Assembly: GCF_006345805.1 (NCBI RefSeq) | Contig: NC_042998.1 | Coordinates: 50,406,001 to 50,470,000 of the forward strand | Direction: 5' to 3' | From: Octopus sinensis | Lineage: Eukaryota | Length of the DNA: 64,000 nucleotides | Shown: piece by piece, positions 23,681-38,960 of the stretch | Position numbering within the stretch: position 1 is the stretch's first letter | Layout: each line of letters starts with the position of its first letter | Notes under the pieces: model-generated | Database searches by the model: none | What the model was told of the DNA's origin: nothing | What the model saw: the letters and a program-made list of their open reading frames with translations, nothing else | Position numbers and translations under genes: made by a program

Positions 23681-25376
23681 AATTACTATTGTTAATTTTT
23701 TTACTTCTTAATTACTTGAGATTATCCAACTTTTTCTTTTTGAATCGCTAACGATTACCGCTAGGGTTTTCTTTTTTCATTCTCCGACTAAGAAGCAAAT
23801 TTCAATTCATTGAGAATTTTTTGCATACTTCATTCCACACACCAAAGCGCTCTTGATTCACTCCAGTCCATATTTCAGTTGGGTTGTTTCTTTTAGTTCA
23901 GCTTTATTTTATTTCATTCACGTTAGATATTTCATTTTATTTTTTCCTCTCGTATTCGTTTATCATTCTATTTCCAGTTTTCCTTCCAGTTAAACGGGAA
24001 AAGAAAGAGTATCAGTGATGTGACTACAATGACAGAAAAATATTTCAGCACTAGATTGCAGTCTCGACAAAACACCAGACAGATACCTAACATAGTTAAA
24101 ATTGTTACTTCACATTCTACATTCAAATCCCACAGGATAAACTTTGCCATTCATTCTTCCGGATCGATAAAATACCAATCAAAAACTGATGCTGATTTAA
24201 CCGATTGGAGCCTCCTCCAAAATGGTAAAGTTAGAAATTAACATTATCAGCTAAGCATTGCTTCCTCGTGTTTTTGTTACTCTTCTTTAGTTGTCTTATC
24301 TTCAATTCACTTCATTTCAATCATTCGTATTATTGCTCTTTTTTTTTTTAAATAATGCAAGGAACTTAGAGAAAGAAAATTAGAAAATCATGAAGAAGTA
24401 GAGCTATTTAATTTAAGGAAGGATTTTCTAACTTTGAACACTGGTTTTTCTTTGAGGCCATTGATTCATAAAGAGCCTAATTCAGCTTGAAACATCAATT
24501 ACCTTTTGCAGAGCAAGGCTGCTGTTCAAAGCTTGCCATTTATATAAATAGTTACGTGATGCTGACGATATTTTCTGTGAGAAAACAAAAGAAGGAACAA
24601 AGAATGAACGAGGAGAGAAAGAAAGAAATAAAACAAAAAAGACTAGGAAGAATCGAAGGAAAATAGTAACCAAGGTGTCACTATTTCATTGAGTTGTGGT
24701 TGCGTACACCCCAACTAGCACGCTTGGCAATGTGCAATGGAATTTTTGGCAACACGTGAAGAACTGTTTGGCAACACAGATCATAGACATCAGAGGTATT
24801 TATTCAAAGACGATAAACAAATAGAAAAAAATGGCAAAAAATCAACAAGGAAAGTATGAATGAAATTAAATGCTTTATTAAGACATTTTATTGTTTTATT
24901 CTTTATTTACTTCAATAAATATCCGAATGAATCACATATTTAGAGCTTGCATGGAAAAGCATGAGAAAATTTAGCTCTTTCAAAAATTAAACCAAAATAT
25001 CAATGATAATACAGTTAAAAAAGAATAAGTTGATAAACCACGGCCAAAGAAAAAAAAACGTTGACATTTTCTTAATAAACTTTTAAAAAGTCTGCGCTAC
25101 ACGCTTGTGTCGAATAATTTGATCGAGAACAATTCAAGCATCAAGTTAGATGCTTACGCATGCGTGAAATTAAGAAATGAGCGGAAGATAGGATGGAGAA
25201 TAAAATAGAGTGTATAAAGTAACAGAAGCTTGGCGAAGCAGTAACTGTTTTTATGAATAAACCGATGGGATGTTAAGAAGGCAGTGCATGATAAAACAAT
25301 TGACTTGCACAATTTCATCATTAATAAACTGCTACGTTTTCTCTATTAGCCTACAGCATATATATGAATATATGCA

Positions 25377-25425
<49 letters not shown>

Positions 25426-25807
25426 TATATATATGTGTGTGTGTGTGGTGTGTGTTGTGTGTGTGTGTGTGAGTGTATGTATGTATGCACACTGCACACA
25501 TACATTTACACACACCAGAGCATATATATACATGCGTGTCTTTGTATGTACATCTCTCTCTCTCTCATGAGTATATATGAATTATTAAATAATTGGATTG
25601 CATTTTCGTTATATGTATGCATAAATTAATATTACGTACATGTGTGTGTGAGTGTGTGTATACATATGTATACATGTGTGTATATATAGGTATACATATA
25701 ATATACATGTAGATGGTCCATATTGGGCAGACACACAAACCACACACACACACACACACACAAACACACAGATATATACATACATATATATATATATTAA
25801 AGTGTGT

Positions 25808-25844
<37 letters not shown>

Positions 25845-26967
25845 AGACAGAATGAAATAACAAATCCAAGGCTGTGAAGAGTTTTCAGAACATTTATAAT
25901 GAAATAGTCTTACAGCTGTTTCTGGGATATTATAGATGTCCCTTCTCCAGAGACGGTGTGAGAAAATATTTGAGTTCGAATTATTGTGGAAAAGAAGGAG
26001 ATACGGAATATAGAGGGAAATAAGGAAATGAAAGTAGAAATAAGATATACAAAGATATTGTAGTTGTAGTTCCATTATTCGAGGAAAATGCTGCATAGAA
26101 GTGGTAAAAAATTTCCTGTACATGGTAAGTTACAGTTAGTCATTTCAAAGTATGGAGCTGTGAAATCAGTGTTGCCCGTTCGAAAGGGTTTTGTGGTGTG
26201 AATGAAAATTTGAGAATGTATTGGCATTATTTGTGGATGGATGGAGGGAGGAGAGATGTGTATGAATAGAAAGAGGAGGTAGGTCAAATTTAAGACAGGA
26301 AGAGAAAATGAGAGGAAGAAAGAGGGAAAAAGGGGGAGGGAAAAAAAAACAAGTGTGAAAAAAGCGAAGAATAGCGAAAGAAGTCAGAAAGGGAGTGTTA
26401 GTTGGTGGTCAAGATAATGTGATGGGAGGAAGGGAGAAGTGCGAGGGACGGATAGGAAGAGATGAGAAGGTAAGGAGTAAAAGAATGTGAGATATTTGAG
26501 TAGGGGTGATGTGACAGCTGCATTAAGGGATGGGTAGAGAAAAAGTAGAGAAAAGGTATAGGTGAGTGATACCGAAGTGAGTAGTAGATTTGGTAGTAAA
26601 ATTTGAGATGGAGGGAAGAATACAAAGATGTCAACTTACTATAAATAGACGTATGTGATAGGTTATTTGTAGGTAGGAATAGGAGAGGTGGAAAGAAGGT
26701 ATAATTCCATACGTACGCATGCACTCACGTATATATATACTTGCGAATATATATACATACACACATATATACAGATATATACATACGCCTATACATACAC
26801 ACGCATATATACACATGCATACTCACGCGCATCAGTAGATGTATTCATACACGAATATGCGTGCGCATACACGTATATATACATGCACACGCACATACGT
26901 GCGTGCAGGTGCACACTCATTTAAAGTCATACGCATGCACGCATACACACACTCATTCATATATATT

Positions 26968-27041
<74 letters not shown>

Positions 27042-27134
27042 TATATATGCAGGTACACATACATACATAATGCATACACACACATGCACATGTATATGTG
27101 TGTATATACATATACATATATATATTGAGAGAGA

Positions 27135-27320
27135 GAGAATTTACAAAAAAAAAACAAAAGACGAAGACGGGTGTGTAAACAACAAACAGATGTATTAGTT
27201 TAACGCTCGGGAAGTGAGAAAGGCTTTTGCGTTTCGAGCCTAAGATTAAATTTGATGCATTGGAGTCCGACGACTGTTTAACCGGCTGAAATTTCGAAGT
27301 CATTGTCAGAAACATTCTTT
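27135..27320 (-). mobile_element. Penelope-like pLTR remnant
   Basis: ACAAAAGACG..ACAACAAACAGATGTATTAGT.TAACGCTCGGGAA matches 50740-50830. Confidence 0.55.
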
Positions 27321-27625
27321 TTTAAGAATAATAAATATGTACTCTACAAAAGTTTATAGTAGCAATCAGATTAGCTTAAAATCGTTCTTATTATAACAGA
27401 ACAAAAAAAACAAACACAGACATACACTCAAACAGGCTCGCGCGAGTGCGCACACGCGCATAAACACACACATATTGTACGATGCAAATAAGATGATTCT
27501 TTTTTTTTTAGCGCAGAAACGCCGTTAGAACACCAGAAATATTGGGTTGGAAAAAAATCATTTTATTTGTATCATATAATACACATTGTAGACGCTTATA
27601 AAAAAAAACAAATGTTAGCTCGTTC

Positions 27626-27667
<42 letters not shown>

Positions 27668-27775
27668 AAACAAATGGTACAACGAAGCACCGATATTACT
27701 GGAAAATAGCGAACGTAATAAATACGGGCTATCCTTTACTGGAAAGCAATACTCTCGTATTGCATTACTATTTTC

Positions 27776-27844
<69 letters not shown>

Positions 27845-28644
27845 TATATCTACACACATACATACGAATAGATAAATGATATATACGGATAGATATGCAT
27901 GCACACACACATGCACACACACACACATGTACGTATATATAGTATGGTAGATTCTTTTTTTGATGCTATATACAGCATTTCGTCCATGGCTTTTGGAACA
28001 GTGTTATACATATATATTTTAATTTCATGTCCAGAACGAATTTTTTAATATCATTATTTTAATATCATTGTATATTTCTGAAGGTGTTTGCAATTTCTAT
28101 TCATTTTTCTCCATTTTATATTATTTCGTTTTTTATGCTTCGTATTCACTTTGTTTCGCATGCTATAACTAGGACTTCACGTTTTTATAAAATCATAGTT
28201 TTTTTATCATAAAATACGTATATTAAATCTGTAAACATTTCAACTGCTAGTAATCTCATTGGGCAATATACTTATATTTTCTCTTAATTATTCATAACTT
28301 TTAATTCATCCTAAATTACTTCTGTTCATCTCTGTATACAACTTGCCTTACTTTCTTTGTTATTTTCTTGTTTGTATATGCTTAACGTACTTGTATATTT
28401 CTACGAGTATATATTTTGTGTGTAGGTGAGTGTATACATTAATGTCTGAAAATGAATGTATTTGTGTATATTCGTATGTTGTTTTGCGTGTGTGTTTATA
28501 TATTTGGGCATGCGTGTGCCCAAATACATCTACATATATATGTTTGTAAATATATTTTGATTTATGTGTTGTATTTTATGTGTATTAATAAGCATGTACA
28601 TATGTGTATTTGTGAGAACGCACAGATGTAGGTGTATTTTTATA

Positions 28645-29036
28645 TCTATATATATAAAGCTGAAGTTGTCTGTGTGTGGCAGGTTTGGTAGCCTTCAACT
28701 AACACTATCTCCTCCGAGACCCTGCGGCGCAAGTTAACCAAAATTGAGAGTCTAATAGAAGAAGACTTGCTCTTTATTCCGTAGAAGATAAATTTCAAAT
28801 CGAACCATGTTAAGACCAAAAATTATTTACATCAAAAAGGTGCTTTTTTTCTATGAAAATCCCTATTTTTTAACGATTTTTTGACTGCTGTGTCGCCATT
28901 TTTCAGTGTATCTCAACCAGAAAAACGTTCACTTAAAGAGAATAACAAACCACATAATGCAAAAGTTTTACTTTTCAAAAATTCCAATTCTAAAGGGTCG
29001 AATCAAACCCGAGCAATGCCGGGCGATACTGCTAAT
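28645..29036 (+). mobile_element. Non-autonomous Helitron
   Basis: TCTATATATATAAAG start; CCCGAGCAATGCCGGGCGATACTGCTAAT end. Confidence 0.8.
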
Positions 29037-29444
29037 TATATATATATTTTTATTATTACAGAGACAGAAAATGGAATATACGAGACACTTTATTGTTCAC
29101 AACGATCGTTTCGAGCTCTCCTGCATCCGTCCCTATCATTAATTCCTGAGGTAAATGCCTCGACAGTTGCGTAAATACCGTGGATGATGTAAAGTAGCCA
29201 TAGGTAATGAACGTGCTTCGCCGGCTAACTATTAGATACATACCCAATGCTTAAATAATTATTATTTGCGTATATATTTTATATATTTTTCACTTACACT
29301 TTCTACAGTCTGTGTTCGTATATTATTCTCCTAACTTTTCTCTCTTATTAAAAGTTTTACTCTTTCTATCTTTCGCTACTCTGTTCCCATAAAACTTGGT
29401 ATCAACTTTTAGACACTTCAGTAATATTGCACGTAGAGATTGCA

Positions 29445-29745
29445 CCTAGAAAGTTTCCCTCCGAGGCACAAGTCCGAGCAAGATTATTTATGGAAGGCCA
29501 ACAGTCGACCATGGATACCAGCCTCACCTCTCTCCACCACTGATGTTATCCATGGGAAAGACAAAGGCCGATACAGCTTAGCACCAGCGATGTCGCAACT
29601 CATTTCTACAAATGAATGAACTGGAACAACGGGAAATAAAGTGCCTTGCTCAAGAACACAATACACAGCCCAGTCCGGGAATTGAACCCACAACCTCACG
29701 ATTTTAAACATGACACTCTAACAACTGTGTCATGTGCCTTCACTA
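29445..29745 (-). mobile_element. SINE family D-related (CORE-like)
   Basis: AAATAAAGTGCCTTGCTCAAGAACAC...GGGAATTGAACCCACAACC B-box on the reverse strand. Confidence 0.7.
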
Positions 29746-29964
29746 TAATCTTCTATACTTATATTCGTTACAGTCTTATAAGGTTAAAATAGCCTCTTTG
29801 ATCCCTATATATATAGTTAAAGAGACATGCAGTTCTCAGGTTACAGCCATAAAGAAAGGATCAGAGTATACAAAGGAGCCATAAAGAAATTTGATAATAT
29901 ATTATGTAATGATAGGAATGGGATTTGCCCACTCTATAGGAACAAGTCATGGAACACTATAGAA

Positions 29965-30126
29965 AGACTCATCGTTGACGCGCGCTAATAGTCAGACGGG
30001 CTCGATATGAATCACGACTATAAGATACCCGAATTTGGTTAAACTGCACCGCAAAATGTGGGAGGAGTTAGGAATCTAAATCGAAGGGGACAGACACTCA
30101 CACAACTAGAGTTTTATATATATAGA
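29965..30126 (-). mobile_element. Helitron 5' 162-bp copy, tandem with the next element
   Basis: Near-identical to 30484-30645; starts with TC right after the CTAG of the neighbour. Confidence 0.85.
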
Positions 30127-30645
30127 CTAGCAGTATCGCCCGGCGTTGCTCGGGTTTGTAAGGGAAATAACTATATAAGCATTTTTAGAGATTTTTTAGA
30201 GAGTACTTCCCTTATAATTCGGGCTTTCTTAGCCATTTTTGTTTTGGTGTCTTCAAGCCATGAAGTCGTTGTTCTAAAAGAACGCTGGTTTCCTTCACAC
30301 GCATTACGACGTTGATTTCTTTACACTCCCTTCCCCACAGCTTCACGAGGTAGGGAGAAGGGGAAGAAGCAAACATAGGTGCAGGTGTGTGAGCGTGGAC
30401 GCCAATCCGCCCGCCATCGAACACAATTGCATTTTATGCATAAAATGGAATAAAAAATGAGTGTTAAATTATTTTTAAATCGTAGACTCATCGTTGACAC
30501 GCGCTAATAGTCAGACGGGCTCGATATGAATCACGACTATAAGATACCCGAATTTGGTTAAACTGCACCGCAAAATGTGGGAGGAGTTAGGAATCTAAAT
30601 CGAAGGGGACAGACACTCACACAACTAGAGTTTTATATATATAGA
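30127..30645 (-). mobile_element. Non-autonomous Helitron
   Basis: Minus strand A|TCTATATATATAAAAC start; CCCGAGCAACGCCGGGCGATACTGCTAG end. Confidence 0.9.
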
Positions 30646-32454
30646 TATATATACACACCTTATATTAGTTATTGTTACTTTCTTGTCTTCTCCCAGTTTT
30701 CTCTTCCTTCTCCCCTCCCTGTTTTGTTTTATTTCTTCTCCCTCCTCCCCCTTTTCTCTCTTCAGTTTTTTACTTCGATTCCCTTTTATTGTTATAATTT
30801 CTCCTTTCTTTTTCTTGTATTTGTGGCGTTATGTATTTTTGGATATTTGCTTGTATTAATTTCTCTTCCATAGCTTTATTTTTGTCATTTATAATAATTT
30901 CAACTTATAAATACCTAATTTTGCAGTCCTATTATTCCTTTTAATTACTTGCAACTCCTATTTCCGTATATATTCTGCTTATTTTCATTCCCTTTTACAC
31001 AGCTTTTTTCGATTTGATTATTAATTATAATTTATTCCACCGTTAAAGTTAACCTCCCTTTGGCAGCCTAATCACACCGTTATTATTTTGAAATCAGTCA
31101 CCCAATCAAATTCAATTGCTTATTCGTTGAACTCTTAATGACAATCTTATATTATATTATATCATATTATATATACCGTTACAACGTTTTTATTCAGTAT
31201 CATAGCAACTGTCCTACGAAAGCTCACGTGAAATTCTGATTAACAGTGTGCGAAAATTTGTTTCAGCTTTAAGAAACAGTATAGTATTCTACCTTTGGTG
31301 CTCAAATACTATATTTTCCAGCGCATTTTGCATGTATGTGCTTACTTGTGTGTGTGTCTGTGTGTACTTGCTATTGTGAGGATATAGATACCTCTTGAAG
31401 GTATATTAGCATCTAAGTTTCCCCGGTTTAATCTTATGAGTCGGTGAAATAATAAAAAATACGTTAGTTTCACTTCGATACAAATGGGTATATTTTCATT
31501 TTTGTATATGATAAGAAAATGGGAAGTTTAACAGACAAATATCAATTTATTAACATATTGTCAATTTCAATTTACCTACGATAAAGTGAAATAAAAAAGT
31601 GAAGCAAAAAAGTGAATAAAAAGCGAAATAAGGTATAAATTAATTTTTTAATAGATATAGTTTTGTGAATAAAAGTGCATTTCTCGAATATTGTCCTATT
31701 GTATTTGTTTTATATAATGATGATAATAAATAAAATATATGCAACACAAATCTTTATAACGTAGAAATGCAACTACCATGTTATAGTAAGTAAATTGAAT
31801 CCATCGCGGTCATCAGGTTATACACAGTAAACTGTGTATAACTGGATTAATAGTAAAAGTTGAATAATTTAAAAACTTGCGATTAACCCTTAACACCAGC
31901 AATTATGACTAAGTAGCTTTAGAAAATAATTTTTAATTAACTTATATAAACTATACTAACATTTCATACTCTCACTATTAATAATAGAAATTTAGGAAAT
32001 AAATAAATTTACTTACCGTTAACTGTATACTGAAAAGTATTTTCAAGCAAATCTAACAGTTCCTTTGTTTCCAAATATGTTAATGCAAACACATAGAAAC
32101 AAATAGAAATAAAAGCAAAATTACATATACACATGTAACAGGTTTACAAAAAAATATGAACTCGCACACGCACACATAAATAAACGAATGTTAATGTGTT
32201 GAGTCTGTCGATGATCACTCGATCGATTAAGATGTGATTCCTATTCATGTCAATTCCTCACCCTGAAGAAATATTCAACTCAATATTTTCAAATACATCT
32301 TTAATTTATTATGTGTAATTTGAATGGAGTGAAAATGGAAACAATTGTAGGTAATATGAAATTGACAATATGTTAATAAATAGATGTTTACCTCATAAAC
32401 TCTCCATTTTCTTCTTATAATATACAAAAATGTATCTATATATTTACGTGCATG

Positions 32455-32499
<45 letters not shown>

Positions 32500-32501
32500 A
32501 C

Positions 32502-32557
<56 letters not shown>

Positions 32558-32566
32558 GTGTGTGTG

Positions 32567-32870
32567 GAGGCGCAACGGCCCAGTGGTTAGGGCAGCAGAC
32601 TCGCGGTCGGAGGATCGCGGTTTTAATTCCCAGACCGGGTGTTGTGTGTGGTTATTGAGCAAAAAACACTCTAAAAGTTCCACGAGGCTCCGACAGGGGG
32701 TGGTGGCGACCCCTGTTGTAGTCTTTCGCTACAACTTTCTCTCACTCTCACTTCCTGTTTCTTGAGTAACGCTGCGATGGACTGGCGTTCCGTCCAGCGG
32801 AGGGGGGAACACATACGCCACAGAAACCGGGAAACCGGGCTCATGATCCTGGCTAGGCTTGAAAAGGGAG
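32567..32870 (+). mobile_element. SINE family C
   Basis: GGAGGCGCAACGGCCCAGTGGTTAGGGCAGC head; TGCGATGGACTGGCGTTCCGTCCAG body. Confidence 0.85.
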
Positions 32871-33569
32871 ACGTTTATAGTTATATATATATATTTACTT
32901 GGCGTCCAAAGTCATTAAAAATTGAAATGCATTGCACATATAGTGCAGCAAAAGGATGAGCGGTAAAAGTGTAGATAAACTGCCTTGCAGTATTTTTTGC
33001 TGCAGCTCTCTATTCTCGACTCAAAATCACATCGAGTTCAACTTCGCCTTTTATCCTTTGTAGTCGATGAAAATTCCTGTCAAGTATTGAAGTATTTGGG
33101 GTAAAATGCTCTCCCTCTTATTTCCCCTTCTCTCTTCCCCTCTCCATCTCCCCTTATCTCTCTCTCCTTCTCTTTCTCTCCGTCTCTCCCTCTCTTCACT
33201 CCCTCCCTTTCTCTCTTCCTTTACTTTTTTTCTTGGGATCGACTCCACGGAAAAGCTGAAAATGCAGCGTTTAAATTACAGTCATGCTGATCCTTTGACC
33301 TTTTTCTCTGTACACACAACAAGATAAATATTTTTGAAAAATAACAAAAAGAAATTACATATATGGACCCGTATATGTTATAAGCAGCAGTCATATTTCC
33401 TTCAAATTACACTGTCATTTCTTAAAATGACGGTTCGTTGAAGAATATAATACTAGATAATGAATGTCTGCAAAAATAAGTTACATACAACCAACCGTCT
33501 GTACGGCTGTAAACATGTACCGTGTTTTATTTTTATTAACGATAATTGTTTAAGATGCCTACAAAGTCA

Positions 33570-33822
33570 CCAGCAGACCTAGCCACCTTGTCAGACCCTT
33601 TACCTTAAATTCACTGAAACACCTCAGGCTTGACAGCTCGAGGGAAGATGATTGCATCAACATTCAAGTGGTACTAGTTGCAGTAGAGTAAACTGGTGTA
33701 ACATGAAGTGAAATTCGAATTGCTCGGGAACACAACGCATCCGCCATTTGGATCGAGAATTGAACTAAAACTTTCGAGATTGTGAGCCAAACAGTCTAAC
33801 TCCTACGCCACACGCCTTCATC
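33570..33822 (-). mobile_element. SINE, family D-related, degraded
   Basis: GAACACAACGC...GAGAATTGAAC...CGCCACACGCCTTCA head on the reverse strand. Confidence 0.5.
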
Positions 33823-34617
33823 GTGCACCCCTGCTCAAAATTCCATTTTTCATATGTCTGCTCCATCTTGGTTGACCTGGAGTTTAAACAAGAAGAAAAC
33901 AGTCTCTTACATATTAAAGTCTCAACATATTTATTCGATATTCTTCTAATAGAATAATTTAATCGATACGCAAGCTTCTTCGTAAACTATCGGCCATATT
34001 AGTTCACCGAATAGTGTCAGCCTTTTACAAAAAACTTCTCGATGCTAATCTAACCCATAGAAAAGAGAGAAGAACAGAAGAATATGTTCCTGGTGGTTTG
34101 ATTTATGACATAATCGAAGGAAATAAAAGTTTGATGTACAAACTAAGTCCAGCGAGATAAATTCATTGCATGTTTTGTTTTGTTTGGGTTTTTTTGTCTA
34201 AAATCTGCCAGAGATTTAAGCAACATTAAATTCATCGAAAAAACAGTCACTTTCAGAGAATATGTGAAAAATTTACATTTAGTTGCCTTATTTATATTTA
34301 TATGATGTACTGTAGTTTCGTTTTGTTTCCTATTTTTTACCAAAAAAAAAATCGTATTTGTTGCTTTATTTATGAGGATTTTTTTTCTTCTGTGGCTTTC
34401 TAAGTAAGTAAGCCGGAATTATATACGTACACTTTTTATATATCTTCGGTTCGTTCGAAATGTTTATTTTTGTATTTTATCGTCGAGTTTTCCAGTTTTT
34501 ATTGCACTTTTTCGTCAAAACATCAATAAATAACTGAACGGTTGGTAGTTTGATTTCTAATAGCAATATTATAGAGGAAGAAAACAAATTAATAATAATA
34601 CTAATATAATACTAATG

Positions 34618-34653
<36 letters not shown>

Positions 34654-34912
34654 TAATAATAATAATAATAATAACAACAACTACAACGAAACGCATTGAC
34701 TGTTTACAGCTACATCCAAGAGTATTGACATGCATGAATGTGTGGATAAATACAAACACGCATATACATGCGTACATGCATATACACATACATAGATATA
34801 AATGTATACACACATATACACATTTATGTGTATGTATGTGTTTGTGCGTGTGCATGTGTGTATGTGTGTGCCTAGCCATTTTCTGCAAATTTGCTGTGTG
34901 TATATATGTATG

Positions 34913-34950
<38 letters not shown>

Positions 34951-35473
34951 TATTAATGTTTGTATATATATATATATGTGTGCGTGTATATATATATTTA
35001 TATATATTGTATATTATATATATATATAATATATATAATATATATATATAATATATATATATATATTATATAATTATGTGTGTATACATATTATTGTATG
35101 TTATATACATCCGTACATACTACATACATAAATACATATACACGTATACACAGTCAGTTATATTGCTTGTCAACCTTACATCGCTTACATTTCTGTCGGT
35201 GTATGTATTATTAAATAACGCGAAGATAAAAAAAAAAGTTGGAATCAGCATTGTTTTCCCTTAAATAATATTATCAAATGAGTTAAAATGATGTACTTTC
35301 CGATACATCACAGGAAACAACAACGAATGAAGATATATTTTTGTACAAACACAGAGAAATACAAACGGAAATACAGACTATTATTCATATATTATTGCAA
35401 AAATATTACCTTTAAAGTAAAAGAGTTATTTTATTTTGGAGAAGCGTTCACTGAAATATCTCCGATTTCAGCG

Positions 35474-35504
<31 letters not shown>

Positions 35505-35881
35505 TATGTATTTATATCGCACAAACACACTGGCACACACGTATAAAACATATATGTGTATGTGGTCAATTGTTGTTGCTATCGTGGTTGTTTAACCCAG
35601 GGCCAAGCTTCATTGAACACATACATGATCAAAGCCCATGTTTTTTTTGTTCTAAGTATAGTTACATCTATATCTATATTTATATTTGCATTACATAATG
35701 TTGCCTTTCCCATTATTATAGCAAGGCATTGTGTGATTTGAATGAGATATATTTAGCTGTTATTTCTAGTTATAGGTCAAGTTGTTACGAAACAAGTTGT
35801 CTTTATATGGGTGTGTATATATTTCTGTGTCTGACTGTGTCTATATATGCACGTGTGTATATATGTATGCATGTATATATG

Positions 35882-35949
<68 letters not shown>

Positions 35950-36134
35950 CATGTATATATACATGTATGTACATATGTACATATGTATGCATGTATGTAT
36001 TTACGTATGTGTGCATGAATGTATGTATGAATATGTTTATGTATATGTAATATCTGTATATGTATTATATATATATGTATGTATGTATGTATATATATAT
36101 ATGTATGTATGTGTATATATGTATGTATGTATAT

Positions 36135-36188
<54 letters not shown>

Positions 36189-36943
36189 GTATATATATAT
36201 CTATATATATATATGAGTGTGCGTGAAAGTGTGTAGGCGTGCGTATGTGTCTGTGTGTGAGTGTATGTATGTGTGTGCTATATAATTAGTCTTTGTTGGA
36301 CATAGAATATTTTCGTGTATAATGTCAGTGTTATACGCGTAAAAGTGTATGAGTAAAATGTTCAATGTTCAATAAGCATCCGTAGAGGTTCATACGTGTC
36401 TTTCTGTCCGTCTATCTGTCTGTTTGTCTGTCTGTCACTCTCTCCCTCTCTCTGTTGCTGTCTGTCAGCCTCTCTCTTTCTCTCCCTCTCTCTCTCTCTT
36501 GCCCCTCTCTCTCTAGCTCTCTCTCTCTCTCTGTATGTATGTACGTATATCTATTTACATATGCATTAGCATACCTCTACACAAACATTTGTCAACAGTA
36601 TATTTGCATGAGCGTGTGTGTACGTATGTGTGTGTGTGTGTTTGTGTGTTTGTATGTATTTGTTCGTGCGTATCTGAGGGTTTAGATCTGTGCCTTATGA
36701 TACAGCCAATTGACAGAACCGTTAGATCGTCGGGTAGATTGTCATTGTCCCAGATCTCTGCTCTAGTTTCAAATCTTGTTCAAGTTAACTTAGTCATTCG
36801 TACATTCGGAGTTGATATGTAAAATACAAGTCCTATACTTAATTCATTTTCACCTTTCTTGAACTTGCATGAAATCGATTATAGTCAGACGTAGGAAGGG
36901 ATGGGATCCGTATGGATATATAAATCGCACCGTACCATATGTA

Positions 36944-37144
36944 TATGGCTGTGTGGGAAGAAACTTGCATCCCAACCAGATGGTTCTGGGTTCAGTCCCA
37001 CTGGGTGGCACCTAGGGCAAGTGTCTTCTACTATAGACACGCGCCGAACAAAGCTTTGTGTGTGAATTTGGTAAACGGGAACTGAAAGGAGCCCGGCGTA
37101 TATCTCTCTCTCTCTCCCTATCTATCTATCTATCTATCTATCTT

Positions 37145-37219
<75 letters not shown>

Positions 37220-37236
37220 GTCTGTCTGTCTGTCTA

Positions 37237-37274
<38 letters not shown>

Positions 37275-37805
37275 CATGGAAGAGAAAGTAGAGATAAAGG
37301 ACTTAACAATTATTTATTATTAAAAAATTATCTTCGCTTCTTACAGCCGTTTCAATTAATACTCAATAATTTAATTACGAATTTGTACATTAAATTTGCA
37401 CTTATGTGACATGAACATGATTTCATCAGAGAAAAAATATCTATCATAAGATGTTATATGTGGACCTATCAATTCAATTCAGCTGACTATATGCTTAATA
37501 TATACCTATTTTTTTAAGGGAATTTCATTCCCCAACAATCCAATATTTCCATGGATGCAACCAACTCTTCACGAGGTTAGCATACCCTCCAGTTAAATTT
37601 GTGTGTGTGTTTTTGTTTGTCTCCCCATCACCGCTGGACAACCGGTGTTAGTGAGCTTACGTTACCGTAAATTAGAAGTTCGGCAAAGAGACCGATAGAA
37701 TAAGTGCTAGCCTTAAGATATATGTCCTAGGGTCGATTTATTCGACTAAAACCCTTCAAGGCGGTGCTCCAGCATTTCCGCAGTCAAATGACTGAAACAA
37801 GTAAA
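36944..37805 (+). mobile_element. SINE family B split by (TCTA)n expansion and ~340 bp of unrelated DNA
   Basis: Head at 36944-37100, tail at 37610-37805. Confidence 0.7.
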
Positions 37806-37899
37806 TATATATATATATATATTGGTAAGGAAACATCGAAGTTGTGTCCTCTTCAAGTACATCTACTTATTATTACAGTCCAGTAAGTAAATAGCTAGC

Positions 37900-38023
<124 letters not shown>

Positions 38024-38269
38024 CGTTGTTAACTTTCTCAAAACCCACCCACTTTAATCGCGTTTATTTCGTATACTAATATTTGTAATTCAGGATTTTA
38101 TGAGGCATTCGAAAGTCAGAGCCGTTTGAAACCGTTGAGGATATTTTTTGTATAGGAGTTGATGGCTTTTACGACGATTAATGACATCTGACGGTGAGTG
38201 ATTTTTTTCTTTCTGATGTCCTCCTTTAGGTACTAGTTATTTTTTCTCTCTCACTCAAGGAATTAGCAG

Positions 38270-38960
38270 ATAAGATTACAGAAATTTTCCAATTGCTCCC
38301 TAATCCAAGACTGTTCCGAATCTTTTCTATTGGATACTGTAGAGTGTACGATTCTGGCTTATGTCATCTCTTAGTTTTAGTCTCCCATGGTGATGTTCAC
38401 CTGTTTAACAGTTCAAAATAAAAGAGTTTTTAGGAGTTCTTTGTCCATATTTTCAACATGGTCAATCCATTTCAGCAGATGACTAATGTTTATTGCTTCG
38501 ATGCTTGTCACTTTTGCTTGTTCCAAAACATAAATTTTGATCATATTTTCCTTCTCAGTTAATACCTAGAAACGCACGAAGCTTTAATTGGTGGAGCTAT
38601 TCGAGCTGTTTGGTGTGGCATCGATAAGAATCCACGTCTCTTGTATGCATAAATGTTTTGATAACTACTACTCTACGCACGGACATTTTCGTAGTAGATT
38701 TGTATCCATTGTTCTTGAAGAATCTTTGATAAAGTTCTCCATACGCAAATTGGGCTGCACATATCTCGTTAATGAAGGTCTCATTTCAAGAAAAGATTGG
38801 TACCTACGTAAGGAAGACCATTTCAATTTGGTTGCTGTTGATGGGTCAATGTGTTGTTGAATGAACTTAGGATGAGGATCACTGTTGTCAATTTTAGTGA
38901 CGTTAACTATTAGTAAGCAATCTATGCTGAGACTCACGATTCACTTATTTGTTAGAGGTG
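38270..38960 (-). mobile_element. RTE (BovB-like) LINE ORF fragment, degraded
   Basis: Translations TKMSVRRVVVIKT, ETW, YRCHTKQLE*LHQLKLRAFLGI and VLEQAKVTSIEA...LKWIDHVENM match RTE C-terminal motifs. Confidence 0.75.

Noticed and set aside
33963-34160. 65-codon open frame containing EYVPGGLIYDII, reminiscent of kinase subdomain V
   Set aside because: No other kinase motif, no start codon near its 5' end and weak splice sites; BLASTx would settle it
34600-36240. Numerous ORFs rich in Y/I/C/V/H/T, here and across the window
   Set aside because: Translations of TA, CA, TATG and TACA microsatellites
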